The notes under the pieces were generated by a model. The model did no database searches. It saw only the letters and a program-made list of their open reading frames with translations, and was not told the origin of the DNA. The position numbers and the translations under genes are program-made. Positions 8,752-15,679 of a DNA stretch of 46,278 nucleotides are shown piece by piece. Each line of letters opens with the position of its first letter. Position 1 is the first letter of the stretch. The stretch spans positions 80,875-127,152 of the forward strand of contig JAHFNT010000005.1 in the NCBI GenBank assembly GCA_023267195.1. The letters are read 5' to 3'. The stretch is from Candidatus Nomurabacteria bacterium. Its GTDB lineage: Bacteria > Patescibacteriota > Minisyncoccia > Phycocordibacterales > UBA9973.

Positions 8752-8779
8752 TTGACAGAATAATAATTGTGTATAGAAT
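8752..8779 (+). promoter_or_regulatory. Sigma-70-like promoter: TTGACA (8752-8757), 16-nt spacer, TAGAAT (8774-8779)
   Basis: A perfect -35 and a 5/6 -10 at 16-nt spacing, directly upstream of the GC-rich unit. The predicted start is near 8786. Confidence 0.5.
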
Positions 8780-8799
8780 GTTTTTAGGAGGTTCTCGTT

Positions 8800-8994
8800 A
8801 TGAGTGAACAGCAGCATCCCGGACTGCGCCATTTGGCGCAGTGGAGTCCGGGGCAAAGCTTCGTTGCCCCGGAGAGCGAGGCGTTCAGGCAAGACAGCAC
8901 CGCTTCCCCGGGGGAAGGCAAGCTTCCCCCGGTGGCGCCCAAGGCGGAGGCGGCAAGCTGGAGTCCCAAACCCAACTACTCCGGCCAGGAGTAG
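8800..8994 (+). CDS. Candidate 64-aa Pro/Ser/Ala/Glu-rich small protein (coding status uncertain)
   Basis: AGGAGG at 8786-8791 lies 8 nt before the ATG at 8800. Third codon positions are mostly G/C in this frame. However, the product is low complexity and the region folds extensively. Confidence 0.3.
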   Translation: MSEQQHPGLRHLAQWSPGQSFVAPESEAFRQDSTASPGEGKLPPVAPKAEAASWSPKPNYSGQE

Positions 8995-9045
8995 CCACCC
9001 CGATCCCCGCGGGCTAGCCCAGAGGCTAAGCCCATCCCACGTTTC

Positions 9046-9086
9046 GGCCGTGGCCACCTCGCGGTGGTCCACGGCCAATTTTTATT
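9046..9086 (+). terminator. Rho-independent terminator
   Basis: GGCCGTGGCCACC-TCGC-GGTGG(T)CCACGGCC forms 13 bp with one bulge, followed by AATTTTTATT. Confidence 0.75.
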
Positions 9087-9189
9087 GACTTTTTTATAAA
9101 AAAATATAACATTGAAGAGTATAAGCCCCGTTAGAAATCTAATAGCGGGCTTTAGTCGTTTTATTATAGTATTTAAATTTGGCAATGGA

Positions 9190-9657
9190 ATGAATCAAGC
9201 AGGAAATTATATAACCGAAGAAAAAAGACAGGCTCTCTTGGCGGAATTGAAAGATCTAAAAGGCCCAAAAAGAAAAGAACTCTTGGAAGCTTTGGCGTAT
9301 GCGAAATCTTTGGGTGATCTGTCTGAAAATGCGGAGTATCATCAGGCGCGAGAAGAGCAGGGCAAGCTCGAAGCGCGGATCGCGAAAATTGAACAAATAT
9401 TGCAAGACTCAGAAACAGTAAAAGGCGGCGGGGGTGATATAATTGAAATAGGTTCCAAGGTAGTTGTGCAAAAAGATGGCACCAAAGAAACTAAAAATTA
9501 TGTTATAGTTGGATCTGAGGAGGCGAGCATGGCTGAAGGAAAAATCTCCAATAAATCTCCCTTTGGCAAGGCGCTTTTCAACAAGAAGAAAGGAGATGAG
9601 GTCTCTTTCAAAACTCCGGGTGGTGTAGTCAATTATAAAATCGTAAATGTTTCTTAA
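9190..9657 (+). CDS. greA: Transcription elongation factor GreA
   Basis: The track ORF starts at 9112. I use the ATG at 9190 (MNQAGNYITEEKRQALLAEL...). SLGDLSENAEYHQAREEQ is the GreA coiled-coil signature. Confidence 0.9.
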   Translation: MNQAGNYITEEKRQALLAELKDLKGPKRKELLEALAYAKSLGDLSENAEYHQAREEQGKLEARIAKIEQILQDSETVKGGGGDIIEIGSKVVVQKDGTKETKNYVIVGSEEASMAEGKISNKSPFGKALFNKKKGDEVSFKTPGGVVNYKIVNVS

Positions 9658-9695
9658 TTTCCGCCAAAGGCGGATCAGCCTCTGGCTGAAAAATT

Positions 9696-11156
9696 ATGTC
9701 TTCAATTGATGAAATTCGGGACACTAGAATAAAAAAACTAAAACTCTTACAAGACAGAGGCATGAATCCGTATCCAGCTGATTCAAAAAGAGAACTTACT
9801 TTGAAAGAGGCAGTTGATAATTTTGAAACCTTAGAAAAAAATAAAGAAAATAAATGGATTGCCGGCCGCATCATATCCATTCGCGGGCAAGGCGCTATCG
9901 TTTTTATTACTTTGAATGATGGTACTGGAACTTTTCAAGGATTACTGAAAAAAGATATTTTGGGAAACGAGAAATTTGATTTCTGGAGTGAAGTCGTAGA
10001 TATTGGAGATTTTGTCGAAGTGGAGGGTTCATTTTTTACGACCAATAGGGGAGAAAAAACACTGGAAGTCAGAGATTGGCGCATGCTCTCGAAGAGCTTG
10101 CGTCCTTTACCGGAAAAGTGGCATGGACTTGTAGACATTGAAGAAAGATTTCGCAAAAGATATCTGGATATTTTGATGAATCCGGAAATCAAAGAGCTTC
10201 TTTTGAAAAAATCAAAATTTTGGGAAACCACGCGCAATTTTATGAAGGAACATGGGTTTTTAGAAGTGGAAACTCCGACTTTGGAAGTCACGACTGGCGG
10301 AGCGGAAGCTACTCCGTTTAAGACTTATAATGAAGATTTTAAACTCCCGCTTTATTTGCGTATTTCGATCGGTGAGCTTTGGCAGAAAAGGTTGATGTCC
10401 GCAGGTTTTCCTAAAACTTTTGAGATAGGACGCGCTTATCGGAATGAAGGTTCTGACGCCAATCACTTGCAAGAATTTACAAATATGGAATTTTATTGGG
10501 CTTATGCAAATTACAAAGACGGCATGAAATTGGTAGAAGAGCTTTATAAAAAAATAGCGCAAGAAGTTTTCGGCACTTTGCAATTTGAAACACGTGGGCA
10601 TAAGTTTGATTTTGGTGGCAAATGGGAATGCATTGATTATCGCGAGACGGTCAAAAAGGAAACTGGTGTAGACATTTTGAATACGACTTACGAAGAAGTA
10701 AAAGATAAGTTGGAAGATTTAAAAGTTTCCTATGATGGTAATACTATGGAAAGACTAGTAGATACGCTTTGGAAATATTGTCGAAGAAAAATTTCTGGTC
10801 CGGTATTTTTGATTGGGCATCCAAAACTTGTTTCTCCACTATCAAAATCAATGCCGGAGAATCCTGAATTGACCGAAAGATTTCAGATTATCATTGCTGG
10901 TTCAGAAGTAGGCAACGGTTTTTCTGAATTAAATGATCCGATTGATCAAGCCGAAAGATTTGAAACCCAACAAGAATTAATCAAAGCAGGGGATAAAGAA
11001 GCAATGATGCCAGATTTAGAATTTGTGGAAATGTTGGAACATGGTATGCCACCTACTTGCGGTTTTGGCTTTGGAGAAATGCTCTTTGCTTTCTTGGCAG
11101 ATAAACCGATTCGCGAAACTCAAATGTTTCCTTTGATGCGACCGACTAAAGAGTAA
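9696..11156 (+). CDS. lysS: Lysine--tRNA ligase (class II)
   Basis: 486 aa. Has an OB-fold N-terminus, class II motifs (FLEVETP, YRNEG, GFGFGE...) and LysRS-typical length. Confidence 0.95.
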   Translation: MSSIDEIRDTRIKKLKLLQDRGMNPYPADSKRELTLKEAVDNFETLEKNKENKWIAGRIISIRGQGAIVFITLNDGTGTFQGLLKKDILGNEKFDFWSEVVDIGDFVEVEGSFFTTNRGEKTLEVRDWRMLSKSLRPLPEKWHGLVDIEERFRKRYLDILMNPEIKELLLKKSKFWETTRNFMKEHGFLEVETPTLEVTTGGAEATPFKTYNEDFKLPLYLRISIGELWQKRLMSAGFPKTFEIGRAYRNEGSDANHLQEFTNMEFYWAYANYKDGMKLVEELYKKIAQEVFGTLQFETRGHKFDFGGKWECIDYRETVKKETGVDILNTTYEEVKDKLEDLKVSYDGNTMERLVDTLWKYCRRKISGPVFLIGHPKLVSPLSKSMPENPELTERFQIIIAGSEVGNGFSELNDPIDQAERFETQQELIKAGDKEAMMPDLEFVEMLEHGMPPTCGFGFGEMLFAFLADKPIRETQMFPLMRPTKE

Positions 11157-11172
11157 AAAATTTTAGAAACGA

Positions 11173-11200
11173 CGATGCCCCGAGCGCGAGGCATCGGGGC
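11173..11200 (-). terminator. GC hairpin followed by a T-rich tract on the minus strand
   Basis: CGATGCC/GGCATCG or GCCCCGA/TCGGGGC alternative 7-bp stems. On the minus strand it is followed by CGTCGTTTCTAAAATTTTTT. Confidence 0.5.
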
Positions 11201-11226
11201 GGCTTGATGAAGAGCGTCAGGTTGGG

Positions 11227-11358
11227 TTATTGAACATTCTCCTCGTTTTCTTCTGTTCTGTCGGTGGTGATCATGAGGTAAACCTGCCACAGAGCATAGA
11301 CGGCGAGGGGGATGAAAGGAAGGAAAGCGATCGCAAGGACCACTGCGAATACTTTCAT
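11227..11358 (-). CDS. Candidate 43-aa single-TM peptide (below the ORF-track size cut-off)
   Basis: Hand translation MKVFAVVLAIAFLPFIPLAVYALWQVYLMITTDRTEENEENVQ, stop TAA at 11229-11227. AAGGAG lies 8 nt upstream of the ATG. Confidence 0.45.
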   Translation of the reverse strand: MKVFAVVLAIAFLPFIPLAVYALWQVYLMITTDRTEENEENVQ

Positions 11359-11550
11359 TGTTCAATCTCCTTCTTCAAACATTTAAACATTTACTAAATA
11401 TTTTGTCCAATTTTTGGTTTTTGAGTTTTCAATATATAAAAATTATACCCATAAAAAACAACAACCCCGAATGCGGAGCAGTCGAGGAGCTTTTTGCTTT
11501 TTTTATTGTGTTTGATTGTATTGTAAAGAAAGAACTTTGTTGGGGCGGCG

Positions 11551-11580
11551 CCCCCGCTCGGGCTTCCGCCCGAGCGGGGG
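11551..11580 (-). terminator. Perfect 13-bp GC hairpin downstream of the two-gene cassette
   Basis: CCCCCGCTCGGGC-TTCC-GCCCGAGCGGGGG. There is no immediate U-run on the minus strand, so it may act as a stabiliser or processing site rather than a classic terminator. Confidence 0.45.
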
Positions 11581-11596
11581 CAGATGGGGGTGAGAG

Positions 11597-11809
11597 CTAC
11601 TCGTCCACGAGAAGCTTCACGGCGAAGCGAGCCTTCTTCATCTTGCTGAAGTCTTCACCATTCCCGCCGTGGATGGTGAAGATGTTCCGGCCCGGAAGAA
11701 CGTAGTTGACATTCTTCCCGAGTAGTGAGGAGAGGGCACTGGCGATTTCTCTTGTGCTCATACTCCTCGGCCCGCTTAGGACCTGGATTGAGGGGTTGGT
11801 TTTTTTCAT
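11597..11809 (-). CDS. Hypothetical 70-aa protein (second gene of the GC-rich cassette)
   Basis: AGGAGA lies 4 nt before the ATG. The ORF has a sensible composition but I recognise no family. Confidence 0.5.
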   Translation of the reverse strand: MKKTNPSIQVLSGPRSMSTREIASALSSLLGKNVNYVLPGRNIFTIHGGNGEDFSKMKKARFAVKLLVDE

Positions 11810-11824
11810 GTTGTCTCCTATCTC

Positions 11825-12067
11825 TCACTTGGGCTTGAGGTAGTCGGAGTGGAGCATGAGAGGCGATTCACCACCGCTGTTGTTCAACACGGAGCCCCCT
11901 CTCTCCACGGTCAGTAGCCAGCATCCTTTGATTGGTTCTAGTGATCTGACGGAGCGTATGACGAACGGGTTTTCGCCATACAGTTTCGCAAGGCTCGCAA
12001 CCAAGCGTGACCACCGTTTCTTGTCCCACTCTACGACCTGACCCACCTGGGGTTCTGAAATGAACAT
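11825..12067 (-). CDS. Hypothetical 80-aa protein (first gene of the GC-rich cassette)
   Basis: AAGGAGGG lies 8 nt before the ATG, and the promoter boxes are upstream. I recognise no family. Confidence 0.5.
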   Translation of the reverse strand: MFISEPQVGQVVEWDKKRWSRLVASLAKLYGENPFVIRSVRSLEPIKGCWLLTVERGGSVLNNSGGESPLMLHSDYLKPK

Positions 12068-12094
12068 TCTCTTCGCCCTCCTTCTTCGGAAGAA

Positions 12095-12123
12095 TTATTA
12101 CCATGTTTAACCATTTTAGTCAA
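12095..12123 (-). promoter_or_regulatory. Sigma-70-like promoter for the cassette: TTGACT, 17-nt spacer, TAATAA (minus strand)
   Basis: The minus strand reads TTGACTaaaatggttaaacatggTAATAA. The -35 is at 12123-12118 and the -10 at 12100-12095. Confidence 0.5.
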
Positions 12124-12186
12124 TAAAACTTTATTTTTTAATAAAACGAAAGTTATCCACAGTCTGGGCTTGGCGTTATTTTATAA

Positions 12187-12231
12187 GTGGAATACAATAT
12201 ATATGAAGTGGGAAAAGGTGGGAAAAGTGTT
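12187..12231 (+). promoter_or_regulatory. Putative MraZ operator: GTGG(G/A)/GTGTT direct repeats on a roughly 10-nt register
   Basis: GTGGA at 12187, GTGGG at 12208, GTGGG at 12218 and GTGTT at 12227, just upstream of mraZ. Confidence 0.5.
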
Positions 12232-12254
12232 AATAATAATTTTTCAGAAATTTT

Positions 12255-12698
12255 ATGTTAATCGGCGAATACATTCATACCATAGATGAAAAAAATAGAA
12301 TTTCTTTGCCGGTAAAATTTCGCAAGGAACTTGGTAAGAAAATTATTATTACACCCGGACTGGATTCTTGTCTTTTTATTTTTACAACCAAAGAATGGGC
12401 CAAAGTCAGCAAAAGACTTTCTGATACCGAATCTGATTTGTCTTTTTTGAAAGCTGATAAGAGAAGTTTTAACAGATTTATGTTTGGTCGGGCGACGGAT
12501 GTGGAGGTGGATTCCATTGGCAGGATATTAATACCAGATTTTTTGAAAGACAGAATTGGTTTGAAAAATTCCGCAGCGATCATAGGAGTGGAAGATAGGG
12601 TTGAAATCTGGAACGATAAGACATGGTCGGAGTATAAGGAAGTAGTGGAAAAGCAGGCCGATCAATTGGCGGAAAAGCTTGGAAACGAAAAGAAATAA
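12255..12698 (+). CDS. mraZ: Transcriptional regulator MraZ
   Basis: Duplicated SpoVT/AbrB-like halves with DEKNRISLP and DSIGRILIP motifs. Confidence 0.95.
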   Translation: MLIGEYIHTIDEKNRISLPVKFRKELGKKIIITPGLDSCLFIFTTKEWAKVSKRLSDTESDLSFLKADKRSFNRFMFGRATDVEVDSIGRILIPDFLKDRIGLKNSAAIIGVEDRVEIWNDKTWSEYKEVVEKQADQLAEKLGNEKK

Positions 12699-12699
12699 G

Positions 12700-13593
12700 A
12701 TGGCCTTGCCTGTAGGACAACAGCCGAAGGAGAGTGTTCACAAGACAGTTCTTTTAAATGAAACAATAGATGGTCTTGATTTAACAGGGAATCCAATTGT
12801 TCTCGATGCTACTTTCGGAGGTGGCGGACATAGCATGGAGATACTGAGAAGATTTGGGAATGCAAAAATAATTGCGTTTGATCAGGATAAAAGCGCCTGG
12901 AGAGAAAACGATAGACGAATTTCTTTCCAGAATGAAAATTTCGCTCAAATAAATAAAATTTTAAAAAGCGAAAAAGTTGATGGAATTATTTTTGATTTAG
13001 GTTTGAGTTCAGATCAATTAGAGAATTCTGGACGAGGATTTTCTTTCCTGAAAGATGAGCCTTTGCTCATGACCATGAAAGAAAATCCTCTTTCGGAAGA
13101 TATTACGGCAGGAGAAATCGTTAATACTTGGGGAGAGAAAAGTTTGGCAGATATTATCTACGGCTACGGAGAAGAGAGGTATGCAAGGAGGATAGCGAAA
13201 GCGATTGTGGAGGCTAGGCAAAAGGGAGAAATTAAAACCACTTTTGATTTAGTAAAAATAATAAGTGAGGCAGTGCCAGCAGTTTACAGAAGGGGGAGAT
13301 TGCACTTCGCGACGAGAACCTTCCAGTCTCTAAGAATAGCGGTCAACGATGAATTGCGAGTTTTGCAAAAGGGGCTCGAAGAAGGGTTTAAAGCGTTGAA
13401 AGCAGGGGGCAGGATGTCAGTAATTTCTTTTCACAGCCTAGAAGATAGAGTAGTTAAGAAATTTTACAAAGCACTAGAGAAAGAGAAAAAAGCAATTTTA
13501 ATAAATAAGAAACCAATTATAGCGAGCGCAGAAGAAATAAAAAATAATCCCCGAGCGAGAAGCGCAAAGTTAAGAATTTTGGAAAAAATTTAA
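12700..13593 (+). CDS. rsmH: 16S rRNA (cytosine1402-N4)-methyltransferase RsmH
   Basis: The track ORF starts at 12679 inside mraZ. The ATG at 12700 follows the mraZ stop by 1 nt. Motifs include H.TVLL.E, DATFGGGGHS, DLG.SS.Q and SFHSLEDR. Confidence 0.9.
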   Translation: MALPVGQQPKESVHKTVLLNETIDGLDLTGNPIVLDATFGGGGHSMEILRRFGNAKIIAFDQDKSAWRENDRRISFQNENFAQINKILKSEKVDGIIFDLGLSSDQLENSGRGFSFLKDEPLLMTMKENPLSEDITAGEIVNTWGEKSLADIIYGYGEERYARRIAKAIVEARQKGEIKTTFDLVKIISEAVPAVYRRGRLHFATRTFQSLRIAVNDELRVLQKGLEEGFKALKAGGRMSVISFHSLEDRVVKKFYKALEKEKKAILINKKPIIASAEEIKNNPRARSAKLRILEKI

Positions 13594-13598
13594 AAGAT

Positions 13599-13955
13599 AT
13601 GAGACAAGCAGCATTACAACTGAAGACTCGCATAGAAAACGTAAATATTATGAATAATAATATTGAAATACAGAGTGTTATTTTGAAGGTAATGCTGTCT
13701 CTGATAGCAATGCTCGCACTTTGGTATGTACTTATTTTAGGAAATATGGTCTTTAATATTGTGGAAAGAAATGCTTTGGAAAAAAGGGCAGTATCACTTT
13801 CAAATGAAGTTGGCGATTTGGAGCTTTCCTATTTATCTATTTCCAAGGATGTGGATATTTCAATGTCAGCTTCTATGGGATTTAAAGAAGCAAAGGTGAT
13901 CTTCGCCACCCGTAAATCTCTTGGTACTCTAAAACTTGCTCACAATGAAATCTAG
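13599..13955 (+). CDS. Single-TM protein in the FtsL position of the dcw cluster
   Basis: One TM segment (VMLSLIAMLALWYVLILG) followed by a short coiled region. The call rests on position between rsmH and ftsI. The start could be the internal ATG at 13650. Confidence 0.45.
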   Translation: MRQAALQLKTRIENVNIMNNNIEIQSVILKVMLSLIAMLALWYVLILGNMVFNIVERNALEKRAVSLSNEVGDLELSYLSISKDVDISMSASMGFKEAKVIFATRKSLGTLKLAHNEI

Positions 13956-15660
13956 TTTTTTGCTCAGATCCAGAATAATTCTCTTGTTTGTCATAGTTTT
14001 CGCAGGTATCCTTCTGGTGAAACTTTTTTTTGTGCAGATTGTAGAGAAAGATACCTATAGAGAAGCGGCCAATCGCCAATATGCCACGCCTTCTACCAAT
14101 ATTTATGAACGGGGCACCATTTATTTCGAAACCAAAGATGGAAACTTGGTTTCGGCCGCTACGCAGACTTCAGGATTTAAGTTGGCCATTAATCCAGAGA
14201 AAATTACAGACATAGAATCCACTTACCAAAAATTATCGGAAGTAATAGCAATTGACCGTGATAATTTTACCAAAAAAGCACAACAGAAAAATGATCCTTA
14301 CGAAGAAATCACCAGTCATTTATCCAAGGCGGAGGCGGATGCTATTGCCGGTCTGAAGATTTCAGGTGTAAACGTGTATAAGGAAAAGTGGCGTTTTTAT
14401 CCCGGAGGAAGCATGGCTTCGCATGAGCTTGGTTTTGTGGGCTATAAGGGCGACCAATTGGGTGGGCGTTATGGTCTGGAGAGACAATATGAGTCTTATC
14501 TTTCGAGAGATGCGAATAATCCATATGTAAATTTTTTTGCTGAAGTTTTTTCTAATATACATGAAACTTTATTTGAAGACGAGACAAAGGAGGGAAACAT
14601 TGTCACCACCATTGAACCGCAAGTGCAAGGTTTTCTAGAGAAGAAATTGGCAGAAGTTGAAGAAAAATATAAAACTGACTCGATCGGCGGCATAATCATG
14701 AATCCAAGCGATGGTTCTATCTATGCCATGTCTTCCTCTCCATCATTTGACCCGAATAATTTTTCTCAAGTGAAAAATATTTCAGTTTTTTCGAATCCAT
14801 TGGTGGAAAATGTTCTTGAATTTGGATCTGTGGTGAAGCCTCTGGTAATGGCGGCAGCCCTCGATGCTGGGGTTGTAACAGCGGATACCACCTACAACGA
14901 CAAAGGCTCGGTAGTTGTGGAGAAAAAAGAAATATTCAATTTTGATAAACAAGGCAGAGGTCCTGGTACAACCATGCAAGAAGTATTGAGCCAGTCGCTC
15001 AATACTGGCATGGTATTTGTAGAGCAGAAATTAGGCAAAGAGAAATTGCGCGATTATTTGCTTGGTTTTGGCATTAAGGAGAAGACAGGTATAGATTTGC
15101 CCAACGAAACTGCAGGCTTGGTGTCGGGAATATTAAAAAGTCCACGAGAAATAGAATATGCGAATGCTGCTTTTGGTCAGGGTATTGCTCTTACTCCAGT
15201 GGGGCTAGTGAGGGCGCTTGCCTCGCTTGGTAATGGGGGGAATTTAGTAGTTCCTCATGTTGCGAAAAAAATAAAATACAACGATGGCACCTCTAAGGAT
15301 CTTGTTTACGCGACAACGCTGACGAAGATTGCCAAGGTAACTTCTGAGGAAATTACGCGAATGTTAGTAAATGTTATGGACAAAGGTTTATCCGGAGGAA
15401 CAAAAAAGTTGGATCATTTTAGCGTGGCAGTAAAAACTGGTACGGCGCAAGTTGCGGACAACACTACTGGAGGCTATTATACAGACAGGCACAATCATTC
15501 TTTTTTTGGTTATTTTCCCGCCTATGATCCGAAATTTATAGTTTTTCTTTACGCTATAAATCCGAAAGGTGTACCCTATGCCGCGACGACTTGGGCCGAC
15601 CCTTTTTTAGATATCACGAAATTTTTGTTAAATTATTATAATATTCCCCCAGATAGATAA
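13945..15660 (+). CDS. ftsI: Penicillin-binding protein 2/3 class transpeptidase
   Basis: N-terminal TM anchor, then SVVK (SxxK), SLN (SxN) and KTGT motifs in order. The track start at 13936 is TTG. The ATG is at 13945. Confidence 0.9.
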   Translation: MKSSFLLRSRIILLFVIVFAGILLVKLFFVQIVEKDTYREAANRQYATPSTNIYERGTIYFETKDGNLVSAATQTSGFKLAINPEKITDIESTYQKLSEVIAIDRDNFTKKAQQKNDPYEEITSHLSKAEADAIAGLKISGVNVYKEKWRFYPGGSMASHELGFVGYKGDQLGGRYGLERQYESYLSRDANNPYVNFFAEVFSNIHETLFEDETKEGNIVTTIEPQVQGFLEKKLAEVEEKYKTDSIGGIIMNPSDGSIYAMSSSPSFDPNNFSQVKNISVFSNPLVENVLEFGSVVKPLVMAAALDAGVVTADTTYNDKGSVVVEKKEIFNFDKQGRGPGTTMQEVLSQSLNTGMVFVEQKLGKEKLRDYLLGFGIKEKTGIDLPNETAGLVSGILKSPREIEYANAAFGQGIALTPVGLVRALASLGNGGNLVVPHVAKKIKYNDGTSKDLVYATTLTKIAKVTSEEITRMLVNVMDKGLSGGTKKLDHFSVAVKTGTAQVADNTTGGYYTDRHNHSFFGYFPAYDPKFIVFLYAINPKGVPYAATTWADPFLDITKFLLNYYNIPPDR

Positions 15661-15679
15661 TTAATTTAAGAATTAAAAA

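Larger units (their letters stand above)
8786..9086 (+). other. Stand-alone G+C-rich transcription unit of about 300 nt: candidate structured sRNA and/or small-protein mRNA
   Basis: Bounded by the promoter above and an intrinsic terminator. It contains at least 5 strong hairpins, and ORFs are open in several frames on both strands, as expected for GC-rich sequence. 43 of the 60 bases in 8881-8940 are G/C by hand count, against A+T-rich flanks. Confidence 0.55.

Noticed and set aside
8786-9086. Identification of the GC-rich RNA candidate as RNase P RNA, tmRNA, SRP RNA or 6S RNA.
   Set aside because: I could not find the P4 strands (GGAAAGUCC and ACAGAA..GGCUUA), a tRNA-like T-arm with an ACCA end plus tag ORF, or the SRP helix-8 GGAAGCAGC/GNRA apex. 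The 5' and 3' ends do not pair as in 6S. A covariance-model search is still needed before this rejection is final.
8680-9185. Track ORFs 8680-9078(-), 8784-8975(-), 8804-9088(+) and 8976-9185(-) overlapping the GC-rich unit.
   Set aside because: They overlap one another in several frames, give Arg/Pro/Gly-rich nonsense-like products and lack SD or promoter context. Long spurious ORFs are expected in GC-rich sequence. Only the SD-led 8800-8994 frame was kept, as a low-confidence candidate.
9661-9689. The two small hairpins between greA and lysS (CCGCC/GGCGG, TCAGCC/GGCTGA) as a T-box or riboswitch controlling lysS.
   Set aside because: The whole spacer is 38 nt, far too short for a T-box, L-box or any known riboswitch aptamer. 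No U-tract follows either.
2439-12161. The two perfect DnaA boxes as evidence for a replication origin.
   Set aside because: There are only two boxes and they lie about 9.7 kb apart. There is no cluster, no adjacent AT-rich unwinding repeats that I could define, and no dnaA, dnaN or other origin-linked genes. A regulatory-motif interpretation fits better.
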